A stretch of 36,271 bases of DNA from an uncultured Candidatus Saccharibacteria bacterium (GCA_964427335.1 CAYRSW010000003.1:4902-41172); one strand, 5' to 3'. Counted from the first letter of the stretch, positions 1 through 8,748 are shown. Notes: generated from the letters alone by a model not told the origin. Numbers and translations: made by a program.

Positions 1-2
1 TG

Positions 3-3000
3 TCGGGCGACCCAACGGCCGACGCTAATGCTACTGGTGTTTGTCCCGGCTCTGAACCAACAGCCGTTCAAGATGGCGGCTGGTTAGTATCCGGGAATGC
101 CGGTGGTGATTGGACTAACACTATTGGCGGCCATGTTTACCAGTCGGACTGCTCAATAGAGATTGGGGATGCTTTAGTTTTTGCTGAAGGAACCGGCTTT
201 TCGACTATAAGCAGCGTTACTGATGGCAGCTTTACTTTAAGCGGACTTTATCCGGGAACTTATAATTTGGTTGCCGTGGCGGCCGGTTATGATGATCAGA
301 TGATGAACGGTGTGGAGTATGGAGCTACTTGGCCGCAATTCTGCCTTTATACTGGCAGCGGCGGAGGAGGAGGAGGAGATACGGATAAACCCTACGTTAT
401 CTGGTCAGCCCCGAATGAGGGAATGATGGGTGCGCCGGTTGACATATCGCTTACGGCAGCGCCAATTACGATTGGTTTTAACAAGCCCTTGGATTCAACC
501 ACCATTAATACAAACTCTGTAAAGCTTAATTATTGGGACGGCTCTTCTGAACAAGCCGTTACTGTTGCGGTAAGCTATTCAGATACTGATTACACGATTA
601 CTATTTCTTCTAATACTAATCTTTCTTTTGGCAAAGATTATATGGCCGTGATTACTCCGGCCGTAAAAGATACGGCTGGCAATTCTGTCCAAGGCAATAA
701 TCCTATAGGAGGCCATCAAGTTTGGTTTAATACCGGATTTAATATGGGCAGCGGCTCAGAAACCTTCTCCACGGGAGGAGGAGCTATGCCGCCTTTTGTC
801 GTCGGCGCTATTCCTCGGATGAATATCAGCGATGTAGCCATAAATTCAAAAATATTTGTTGCATTTACTACATCTCTGGATTCCGCTTCTGTTTCGGCTA
901 CTACTATCCAGCTTTGGAAGCTGAATTCTTCTATGATTGAAGTAAGCCAAGATACTAGCGCTACGGTTACCCTTGAGCCAAATGAAAAAGAAATAGCCAT
1001 TATCACTCCTTCGGCAAATATGACTTCTAATACCTCTTATAGAATAAAAGTAAAGGGTAATGTTCGCTCAACCACCGGAATGTATTTGGAAATGCCGGAA
1101 GCTTCCGGTTTTCCAAATACGATGTTTATCTCAGAATTTAAGACCACAGAGGCAACTAGCGCGGACAGCACCGGGCCAACAGTGCAGGGAAATTCCCTTG
1201 ATATGTATAATGATGGTACTAATGTAGTCGGGGTTCCGGTAAGCTTAGGCAGTATTGAGATTTTCTTTTCAGAAGCTCTTGGCCCGACTACAGTAAATAA
1301 CACTACTATTTACTTAAAAGCCGGCACTTCCGATGTTTCCGGCACAGCCGAATACGACCCAATGGATAAAGTGGCTCGCTTCTTTCCTTCTTCAGCACTG
1401 GTTCCTTACACTACTTATACTTTAACCTATACTGCTGGTATTAAAGATGCTACATTCCCGGGCAATGCTCTTACTGCCGGCACTTATAGCTTTACTACCG
1501 GAGCGGCTGACACAACTGGCCCAGAAGTGATGTTTGCTTCAGCTGATGACTTCAGAATTGCTATTACCTTTTCCGAGCCAATGAATTCTACAACACCGGG
1601 TCAGCCCCAGTATACTAACTCGGTGCTTAATAAAGATAATTACGCTATTGCCTATTGGGGGACGGGTGATTCTAGCTGGCAGACTGCCACAGCCGGGGAA
1701 ATAGCTAATATAACGGTTGTGTATGATGCAGCCGAAAATACGGCTGAAATTCAAGGATTTGATTCTTATGCTCACCGGGGACATAAGTTTAAAGTGACGG
1801 TGACCGGCGTTAAAGACCGTTCAGGCAATGCTATTACCGAAAATGGCACAGTTAATGTTGGTCAAGGTATTATTCAGGATTCTGCCATGACCGGCGGAAT
1901 GATGGGGCCGGGAGGCGGTGGTATGATGGGGCCAACCGGCGGCGGCATGGACTTTATGAGTTTTGGTATGAAGCCCTGCGGCGCCTGGCCAATGAATATG
2001 ATGGAGGGAATGACTTCTCAATACATGGTTGACCTGCCTCTTTCAGTGGCTCTGGCAAACGGCGACCAGGTGCTTTTAACTTTCCCGGCTGGATTTGGTG
2101 TAGCCAATGCAGCAGCTGTGTCAGCCGCTGATAGTTTTATGAATGCTGATCTTAATGAGTTTGGTCCGGGCACAGTAACTATTAGTGGTGTTAGCAGCAC
2201 CGGCCAGACCGTTATTGTTACAATAGCGGCGACCGCACCTATTCCGGCTGATGATTTCCTGCACTTTGAGTTAAAGGGCATTAAGAATGGCCAGTCTCAA
2301 GGCACAGACACAATGAACTCTAATGGTTATTCAGTAACAATTAAGACCAAGCGTCCATCAACCGGGGCAATATTGGAAAGCTTTAGCACCATGCCTTTCT
2401 TCTTAACGCCCGGTGGAAATCTCTCTTTGTCCGGGCAAGTGTTATCCGGTGTCACTGGAATTAATGGAGTGACGGTTTTCTTGGGCTCGCCGATGACCGG
2501 GCCAATGGAGGCAACTTCGGCTGCTAACGCGGCTGGTGGAGGAAAAGCTGGTGAATATATCTTTTCCAGTCTTCCTTCCGGAGAGTATTTTCTCTTTACC
2601 AAACCATTTATGACCGTTAGCAGCACAGATTATCTTGGTGACCCAATGCCTAAAGGTATTTATGTAAGCTCAAATACTACTCAAAATATTACCATTAAAG
2701 ATCCAAGCACAGCGGCAGTTACCAATGTTACCGTTAAACTTAAAGGTAATTTTGGCACAGATGCCATAGATATTATGGCTGGGAGCGGGACGATGATGGG
2801 TGAAGGCGGCTTTGCAGTAAAACCGGGAATCAGCCCGGGTAATTGTACCGATTATGGTGTTGGCACTAACTGTACCCATACCCTTTATCTGCCAACCCAA
2901 TCCGAATCAACCTGGCACGTCGGTATTGGACCGGCTATGCCGATGGGACCAATGCAGATGGGTCCCATGCCGTCCATTGACTGGATACCGCCGGTTGAGC

Positions 3001-6000
3001 AGGATGTTTATATTGATTCCGGCGGGGTTGCCGCTCCAAGTTCACTTAACATTGGCATTACTACGGCCGACGAGAAAATTATTGGTTATGTTTATGATGG
3101 TAGGGCGGATGGTACTACTGATTTAGGCACCAGCAATGACTATGGTTTGCCGGTGAAAGATGTTGATATTGACGCTCATAGAAGAGAGGGCTTTGGTATG
3201 CCGGCTCACACCAGAACCGACGAGAGCGGCAAGTTTACTCTATCGGTGACTACCGGCACCTACTTCTTGAATGTTTGGTTTCCGGGTATGCCGCCGGCAC
3301 CGGAAAAGAAAGTTAGAATAGATGATAATGGAAGTTTGGTTGACGGCAATAGTTATTCTGATGTTTATACTGAAGGAATTCCGGTAACCACAGCAGCACC
3401 TCTGGTCTTTAAGCTGGGTAAAAGCGGTTATACTATTTCTGGAAATGTTTCTGACGGCACCAACCCGGTTGCTTACGCGCCGGTCTGGGCTTTCAACGAA
3501 ACTACCGGCTTTCATATTCCCGGCGGCACCGATTCGTCGGGCAGCTTCACCTTATATGTTCCTGCCGGCACCTGGAAAGTCCAGGCAAATATTTCGGGCA
3601 AAGGAGATACACCGCCGGAGACAGTGATTATTCCTACTTCTGAAAGTGATGGCTCTAAGAGAAATCTTTCACTTCAGTCCCTGACAAATGCGGCAACGAT
3701 TACCGGAACAGTCACAGTGACTGGCAGTGCCCAGGGCTGGGCTCATGTTTGGATTACCGGGACTGATTCTAATGGAGATTACTTTGAAAACGGGACACCG
3801 ACCAGAGGAGATGGAACCTATAGCTTGACTGCCCCGGCCGGCACCGGCTATGTGCTTTACTGCTTTATTCCAGACTATGGAGAGCAAGCGCCGATTAATA
3901 TCGGGACACTGACAGCTAGTCAATCTGTGACTGGCAGGAATTTTACTATAACTAGCGTTTCAGTAGCCACTCTTACTTTTGTCTTTAATAATTCAAGCAA
4001 CCTTTCCGGCAAGGAGGCCTGGGTTGATGTGTTTAACCAGACTACCGGAATGGGGCAAGGCCAGCATATTAACGATGTCAATGATATTCAGGCCTACGAA
4101 ACTCTTAAAGTGGTAGCTGGTGATTATAACATTCGCGCTCATATACCCGGATTTGGTGAGTATCAGCCAACTTCACCAACGCCGACGGCTGGGGTGGTAA
4201 CTCTTCCTACTGGGGCTACTACGGTGACCTTTAATTTACCGACTACCACCTATACTGTTTCTGGATTGGTTTATATTGATACTAACAGCAACAGTGTTTA
4301 CGATGTTGGCACTGATACGCTTATTACTGAAGGATTTGTTTGGCTGGAAAACTGGGAGAATGGTTATCACGCCGGCAGCGACATAGCCGGAGACGGCACT
4401 TATTCTGTGTACGTTCCGGGCGGAACCGGCAGGAACTTTTATCTCGGAGCCGATGTTCCGGGATATACCGCGCCGGCGCCCCAAAAGATTTCGGGCTTAA
4501 CCGGTGATCTTTCCGGCCAGAATATCGCCGTTATTGCCAATGACCGAACTATTTCCGGAAGGATTGTTAACTCATCCGGCGACGGCATTGGTTATTCTTG
4601 GGTTTGGGCAGAAAAAGTTGATTCGGCTCACGCCAGCAATCCAACTCTTGGTACCTTCTCAGGGCATACCCATACTGAAGCAGACCAGGATGGTTATTAC
4701 ACGCTTTCGGCCAGTTCCGGTTATTGGTGGCTTCATGCGGCCGGTCCCGGCTATCAAGAGACCTTTGAGACTACGGCTCGCGACTTAGTTGCTAATACCT
4801 CTATTACCGGAGCTAACCTGACAGTTAATGCTTTAGTTAGTTATACGGCTAAACCGCCTAAGATAAAAAATGTTAAACCATCCGAAGGTGGAGTGGTTGA
4901 TGATACAAACAACACCGGTGTTAAAATTACCATTCCGGCTACGGCTTTAGGCGACAGCACCGACTATGCAAAAGTAACCGTTACTGAAAAATCCGGCGGC
5001 GGAACTGATGCCAAGGCAACGCTGGGTAATACCTACTACGAGGTTAAAGCTACAGATAGTTCAGGTTCTGCTATCAGCGGTCAGTTGAATGAACCGCTTG
5101 AAGTAGAAATTCATTATAACGAGAGCGATTTACCGACTGGTTTTGATGAGTCGCAGATTACCTTTAATTCTATGGGTGAGAGCGGCGGCTGGCAGGAAGA
5201 TATGTTTACGGTTGATACTGACGCAAATATTATTCGGGTAAAGCTTAGTCATCTTTCCTCTGTAGCCACCACTTATCCATCTGACGCCGACAGACCAACT
5301 ACGCCCGGCAAGCCAAGCGTTAGCGGCGGCGCGAGCAGTATATCCCTTTCCTGGACTGCTTCTACTGATAATGTAGCCGTGGCCGGTTATGAGGTTTATC
5401 GAAGTACAACTTCCTCCGGGACATTCGCTAATATCAGCGGCGACTGTGAAGCAACTGGCAGTTTTGACTCTTCAGCGCTAGTTACTACTATAACCTATAC
5501 AGATTCCACGGCTGTTTCCGGCACTACTTATTATTACAAAGTTTCTGCTTATGATACTTCTGGTAATGCTTCGGCTGCTTCTTCTATTGTTTCTTCTGGT
5601 GTAAGACTAGGCGGCGGCAGTGGCGGCGGAGGAGTAGTCAGCGGCGGCGCAGCAGTAACTACTATTCCAGAGACCTCTACTGGAAATGTGACCGCCAACC
5701 CAACCAGAGGCGGTATTACTAGGGTAATTAATACTGACAACAGCAAGATTGAAATAACTCTGCCATCACAAGCGATTACATCAAATGCTGATTTGGTTAT
5801 TAGTAAAGTAGTTAAAGCCACAATCATTGTTGAAAGACCAGCGCCGGCTAATAAGTCCGTGGTTGGCGACTACGTTTACTCTCTAGCAGCCACTTATTCT
5901 GCAGTGGGCACTGCAGTTGCTAGTTTCGCAAAAAATGTCACCGTTAAATTCGCTTATACTGATGCGCAGGTTGCCGGGTTCAATGAGGCGAGCCTCGTTA

Positions 6001-6530
6001 TTTATCGCTGGGATGGTTCTGCTTGGCTTGGCCTAACCACAACGGTTAATACGGCTAATAACACGGCTGCGGCTGAAACTTCTCAATTCTCTTACTTTGC
6101 TTTGATGGGCGGGGAAGAAGGAGCTTTAGTTGACGGTGATGTAATAAGAAATCCCGATGCCGAAGGTATGGCTCAATTTGATGTCTATATTGCAAAGATT
6201 GTTGGCACAAAGTTATTTAAGCGGTTAATTTTGAGCCCTCATATTTTTGAAAGTTACGGTCACCTGGAGTGGTCAAATATCAAGCTGGTTGATACTGCTG
6301 CTATGGATAGCTACACTACCTCTAATTTAGTCAGGGCTTGGGATCCTACTGCTGACCTTGATGACCCCAAAGTTTATAAGCTAACTCCAGATGGCGACAC
6401 CGGCACCAAACAGTGGCTGAACATGACCGCCGCAGAGTTTGTCTTGGCTGGCTATGATTGGGATTCTATCTATATCATCAACAAAGTAGACAGAGACGCC
6501 TATACCACTGGCACTCCAATTACGCCGTAG
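3..6530 (+). CDS. Giant secreted/cell-surface mosaic protein, 5'-partial (continues beyond the left window edge)
   Basis: The frame is open from nt 3 to the TAG at 6528-6530. The listed start at 267 is an internal TTG, and the in-frame upstream peptide (..DGSFTLSGLYPGTYNLVAVAAGYDD) is itself a carboxypeptidase-regulatory-like repeat. By eye there are 4 SbsA/Big_5-type Ig-like modules (..NLSFGKDYMAVITPAVKDTAGNSV; ..SYRIKVKGNVRSTTG; ..YTLTYTAGIKDATFPGNAL; ..KFKVTVTGVKDRSGNAI). There are 8 beta-sandwich repeats of the G-x-[YF]-x-L..G-x-Y type (GKFTLSVTTGTYFLNV, GSFTLYVPAGTWKVQA, GTYSLTAPAGTGYVLY, GYYTLSASSGYWWLHA etc.). There is one Fn3 domain (SLSWTASTDNVAVAGYEVYRS..YYYKVSAYDTSGNAS, about nt 5295-5600), a Gly-rich linker and a C-terminal tandem module. 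No TM segment, LPXTG or lipobox is visible. Confidence 0.85.
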   Translation, partial: SGDPTADANATGVCPGSEPTAVQDGGWLVSGNAGGDWTNTIGGHVYQSDCSIEIGDALVFAEGTGFSTISSVTDGSFTLSGLYPGTYNLVAVAAGYDDQMMNGVEYGATWPQFCLYTGSGGGGGGDTDKPYVIWSAPNEGMMGAPVDISLTAAPITIGFNKPLDSTTINTNSVKLNYWDGSSEQAVTVAVSYSDTDYTITISSNTNLSFGKDYMAVITPAVKDTAGNSVQGNNPIGGHQVWFNTGFNMGSGSETFSTGGGAMPPFVVGAIPRMNISDVAINSKIFVAFTTSLDSASVSATTIQLWKLNSSMIEVSQDTSATVTLEPNEKEIAIITPSANMTSNTSYRIKVKGNVRSTTGMYLEMPEASGFPNTMFISEFKTTEATSADSTGPTVQGNSLDMYNDGTNVVGVPVSLGSIEIFFSEALGPTTVNNTTIYLKAGTSDVSGTAEYDPMDKVARFFPSSALVPYTTYTLTYTAGIKDATFPGNALTAGTYSFTTGAADTTGPEVMFASADDFRIAITFSEPMNSTTPGQPQYTNSVLNKDNYAIAYWGTGDSSWQTATAGEIANITVVYDAAENTAEIQGFDSYAHRGHKFKVTVTGVKDRSGNAITENGTVNVGQGIIQDSAMTGGMMGPGGGGMMGPTGGGMDFMSFGMKPCGAWPMNMMEGMTSQYMVDLPLSVALANGDQVLLTFPAGFGVANAAAVSAADSFMNADLNEFGPGTVTISGVSSTGQTVIVTIAATAPIPADDFLHFELKGIKNGQSQGTDTMNSNGYSVTIKTKRPSTGAILESFSTMPFFLTPGGNLSLSGQVLSGVTGINGVTVFLGSPMTGPMEATSAANAAGGGKAGEYIFSSLPSGEYFLFTKPFMTVSSTDYLGDPMPKGIYVSSNTTQNITIKDPSTAAVTNVTVKLKGNFGTDAIDIMAGSGTMMGEGGFAVKPGISPGNCTDYGVGTNCTHTLYLPTQSESTWHVGIGPAMPMGPMQMGPMPSIDWIPPVEQDVYIDSGGVAAPSSLNIGITTADEKIIGYVYDGRADGTTDLGTSNDYGLPVKDVDIDAHRREGFGMPAHTRTDESGKFTLSVTTGTYFLNVWFPGMPPAPEKKVRIDDNGSLVDGNSYSDVYTEGIPVTTAAPLVFKLGKSGYTISGNVSDGTNPVAYAPVWAFNETTGFHIPGGTDSSGSFTLYVPAGTWKVQANISGKGDTPPETVIIPTSESDGSKRNLSLQSLTNAATITGTVTVTGSAQGWAHVWITGTDSNGDYFENGTPTRGDGTYSLTAPAGTGYVLYCFIPDYGEQAPINIGTLTASQSVTGRNFTITSVSVATLTFVFNNSSNLSGKEAWVDVFNQTTGMGQGQHINDVNDIQAYETLKVVAGDYNIRAHIPGFGEYQPTSPTPTAGVVTLPTGATTVTFNLPTTTYTVSGLVYIDTNSNSVYDVGTDTLITEGFVWLENWENGYHAGSDIAGDGTYSVYVPGGTGRNFYLGADVPGYTAPAPQKISGLTGDLSGQNIAVIANDRTISGRIVNSSGDGIGYSWVWAEKVDSAHASNPTLGTFSGHTHTEADQDGYYTLSASSGYWWLHAAGPGYQETFETTARDLVANTSITGANLTVNALVSYTAKPPKIKNVKPSEGGVVDDTNNTGVKITIPATALGDSTDYAKVTVTEKSGGGTDAKATLGNTYYEVKATDSSGSAISGQLNEPLEVEIHYNESDLPTGFDESQITFNSMGESGGWQEDMFTVDTDANIIRVKLSHLSSVATTYPSDADRPTTPGKPSVSGGASSISLSWTASTDNVAVAGYEVYRSTTSSGTFANISGDCEATGSFDSSALVTTITYTDSTAVSGTTYYYKVSAYDTSGNASAASSIVSSGVRLGGGSGGGGVVSGGAAVTTIPETSTGNVTANPTRGGITRVINTDNSKIEITLPSQAITSNADLVISKVVKATIIVERPAPANKSVVGDYVYSLAATYSAVGTAVASFAKNVTVKFAYTDAQVAGFNEASLVIYRWDGSAWLGLTTTVNTANNTAAAETSQFSYFALMGGEEGALVDGDVIRNPDAEGMAQFDVYIAKIVGTKLFKRLILSPHIFESYGHLEWSNIKLVDTAAMDSYTTSNLVRAWDPTADLDDPKVYKLTPDGDTGTKQWLNMTAAEFVLAGYDWDSIYIINKVDRDAYTTGTPITP

Positions 6531-6579
6531 TGTTACCGATTTACGCTGATTAATAGCTGATTTTCACTGATTTTTAAAA

Positions 6580-6623
6580 GCCCTCGTCCCGCAGTACTGC
6601 GGGACGAGGGCTTTTTATTTTTT
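6580..6623 (+). terminator. Rho-independent terminator after the giant gene
   Basis: GC-rich hairpin GCCCTCGTCCCGCAG / CTGCGGGACGAGGGC (6580-6594 pairs with 6597-6611, about 13-14 bp usable stem), followed by TTTTTATTTTTT (6612-6623). Confidence 0.85.
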
Positions 6624-6641
6624 CATTTCGTCTATATTCTT

Positions 6642-6679
6642 GTCAAGCTTAGCTTGACTTAAGTAAGCTAAGCTTACTT
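6642..6679. promoter_or_regulatory. Two adjacent palindromes (candidate operator pair) upstream of and overlapping the holB promoter
   Basis: GTCAAGC-TTA-GCTTGAC (6642-6658) and AAGTAAGCT-A-AGCTTACTT (6661-6679). Both share the core AAGCTnAGCTT. Their centres (6650 and 6670) are 20 nt apart. The second abuts the predicted -35. Confidence 0.45.
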
Positions 6680-6706
6680 GTCAAAAATAAGCTCGGATGA
6701 TAGAAT
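6678..6706 (+). promoter_or_regulatory. Sigma-70-like promoter for holB (TTGTCA-N17-TAGAAT, with TGa extended -10)
   Basis: TTGTCA at 6678-6683, a 17-nt spacer, and TGATAGAAT at 6698-6706. The ATG at 6713 lies 6 nt after the -10 and has no SD, which implies a leaderless mRNA. Confidence 0.55.
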
Positions 6707-6712
6707 AATGAT

Positions 6713-7675
6713 ATGAGTGAGGTAAAAAAAAGGACCAACTGGAACATTATAGGTCACGAGAAACAGGTAAATTTTTTTCAAAAAAGTATCCGAAAGAATC
6801 GTCTTTCGCATGCTTATTTGTTTATTGGTCCTCAAGGAGTAGGGAAGACGACCTTAGCTTTAGCTTTTGCTAAGGCACTCGAGTGTGAGGATGGAAAAGA
6901 TGAAGATTTTTGCGGCCATTGTCGATCTTGCTTGGCAATTGAAAAAGGAAATCATCCCGACGTTCATTTAATAAGTCCCGAGAGCGAGAAAGAAGAAATC
7001 AGTATTGCTCAAATAAGAAAGTTGCGTCGAGATTTTACTCTTTCTGCTTTAAGCGGTTTATATAAAATTGGGGTTATTCAAGGGGCAGACCTTTTGGGCA
7101 GAGCGGCGGCTAATGCATTTTTAAAAACCTTGGAAGAACCCTTGGGTAAAACTATTTTTATTCTGACTAGTTCCTCCGAGTCCATTCTTCCAACCATTAG
7201 TTCACGCTGTCAGATTTTAAAATTTCCCGGCTTAAGTATAGTTGAGATAGAAGAAGAGCTTAAAAGACGGGGGGTTGTTCAGGCGAAAAGACTAGCCAGG
7301 GTAAGCCAGGGAAGGCCGGGGCTGGCTTTGAATATTATTAAAAACCCCGAAATTTTAGAGACCCAAGAAAATTTAATAAAAGATTTAATTTCAATTTTAG
7401 CATCCGATAATAATTATCGTTTTAAATACGTTGAAAATCTCGCTCAAGATAAACTTAAAATAAAAGAAACTCTTTCTTGTTGGACGACCTTTTTTAGAGA
7501 CATATTAATAAAGGGCTATATCGGGTTTGACGAGACTTCTGAAGTTCCACAAGTCAAGATTTCCAAAGAGAAAGCATTGACTGCTATCAAAAAACTTAGG
7601 AAAACTTACGATATTATTTTTAGCACTAATGTAAATCCCAGATTAGCGCTAGAAGTAATGATGCTAAATTTGTAA
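6713..7675 (+). CDS. holB: DNA polymerase III delta-prime subunit
   Basis: 320 aa. Motifs: HAYLFIGPQGVGKTT (P-loop-like), AANAFLKTLEEP, TISSRCQILKF (SRC motif). Size and motif order are typical of HolB. Confidence 0.78.
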   Translation: MSEVKKRTNWNIIGHEKQVNFFQKSIRKNRLSHAYLFIGPQGVGKTTLALAFAKALECEDGKDEDFCGHCRSCLAIEKGNHPDVHLISPESEKEEISIAQIRKLRRDFTLSALSGLYKIGVIQGADLLGRAAANAFLKTLEEPLGKTIFILTSSSESILPTISSRCQILKFPGLSIVEIEEELKRRGVVQAKRLARVSQGRPGLALNIIKNPEILETQENLIKDLISILASDNNYRFKYVENLAQDKLKIKETLSCWTTFFRDILIKGYIGFDETSEVPQVKISKEKALTAIKKLRKTYDIIFSTNVNPRLALEVMMLNL

Positions 7676-7680
7676 TAATT

Positions 7681-8745
7681 ATGTCTAAAAAAATCATCCC
7701 AATATTAATTCTTGTTTCTTCCTTAGTTATTTTGGCTGGGGCTTTGCCATCGCTAAGATGCAGCCAGCTTCGAGATGCCGGAGTCTTTAAATCAGAAGAC
7801 AGGGGTGCTACCTGGCGCCAAATTGTAAAAATAGACAAAAAACACTCTATTGCTTCAGTTAATATTTTAAGCATGGCTATAAATCCAAAAAGCCCTGATG
7901 TAATTTATTTAGGTACAGAGGGTAATGCGCTTTATAAGAGTGAGGACAAGGGCGAAACCTGGCAGAAAATGGTTGATGAGGGAGGTATTTTAGGAGGGCG
8001 CGCCGACATTTATGACATTGCCCTAGATTCTCAAAATCCTGATATTCTCTATATTGCCTCGTTTCAAGATTTTAAAGGCCGCCTTCTTAAAAGTGTTGAT
8101 GGGGCAAAAACATGGAAAGAAACCTATGTGGTCTCTCAAGAAAAATATTTAGTAGAGACCGTAGAGGTTGATCCTTATGAGTCACAAACTATCTATATTG
8201 GCACTGACCAAGGGGGCTTTTTACAGAGCCGAGACTACGGAGAGACCTGGAAAGTTCTTCGCTGGTTTGAAGCAAAAATTAACAAAATTGTTATTGATCC
8301 TTACGATACCCGGAAAATATTTATTAGCACCCGAGAAAACGGTATTTTTAAGACAGAAGATAAAGGAATAACTTGGCATGAGCAAAAGCAGGCTCTCCAC
8401 TATTTTCCCGGAGCAGATAAGGTAAAAGCATTGGTAATGGACCCAAAAGATTCAAATATTCTTTATTCGGGCTCCGACTACGGCATAGTAAAAACTTACA
8501 GCGGGGGAGCATCATGGGAAGGGGTAAATATTATTATTCCTCCTGCGGATTTACCGGTAACCTCTATTACTGTTGATTCTTTCAGAATCTCGGTTATCTA
8601 TGTCGGTAGCGGCAGTAATGTTTATAAAACCGAGGACGGCGGGGTGAATTGGCAAGTAAAAGATATTGGGACTACCAGAATAATTAAAACTATAGCTATT
8701 GACCCAAATAATTCTAATAATATTTACGTTGGAGTTTCTAAGTGA
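7681..8745 (+). CDS. Membrane-anchored BNR/Asp-box repeat beta-propeller protein
   Basis: N-terminal hydrophobic anchor (IIPILILVSSLVILAGA). Seven S/T-x-D-x-G-x-T-W type Asp boxes are present (SEDRGATW, SEDKGETW, SVDGAKTW, SRDYGETW, TEDKGITW, YSGGASW, TEDGGVNW), spaced about 40-50 aa apart. Confidence 0.7.
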   Translation: MSKKIIPILILVSSLVILAGALPSLRCSQLRDAGVFKSEDRGATWRQIVKIDKKHSIASVNILSMAINPKSPDVIYLGTEGNALYKSEDKGETWQKMVDEGGILGGRADIYDIALDSQNPDILYIASFQDFKGRLLKSVDGAKTWKETYVVSQEKYLVETVEVDPYESQTIYIGTDQGGFLQSRDYGETWKVLRWFEAKINKIVIDPYDTRKIFISTRENGIFKTEDKGITWHEQKQALHYFPGADKVKALVMDPKDSNILYSGSDYGIVKTYSGGASWEGVNIIIPPADLPVTSITVDSFRISVIYVGSGSNVYKTEDGGVNWQVKDIGTTRIIKTIAIDPNNSNNIYVGVSK

Positions 8746-8748
8746 ACT

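Noticed and set aside
716-5827. About a dozen 60-100-aa ORFs on the minus strand and in other plus frames inside the giant gene (for example 716-1006, 2327-2626, 4504-4788, 5549-5827).
   Set aside because: All are nested in a 6.5-kb ORF with clear domain content. They have no starts with an SD, and their composition (Pro/Arg/Gly-rich shadows of a GC-richer gene) is typical of antisense artefacts.
6641-6680. A cluster of restriction-site-like hexamers (AAGCTT twice, CTTAAG) suggesting a cloning or synthetic junction.
   Set aside because: The sites are simply the centres of two natural-looking palindromes placed on a promoter. The flanking terminator and promoter architecture is the same as elsewhere in the window.
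5600-6712. A diversity-generating retroelement targeting the C-terminus of the giant protein.
   Set aside because: There is no reverse transcriptase gene, and no template-repeat/variable-repeat pair is visible in or after the gene. A terminator follows directly, then holB.
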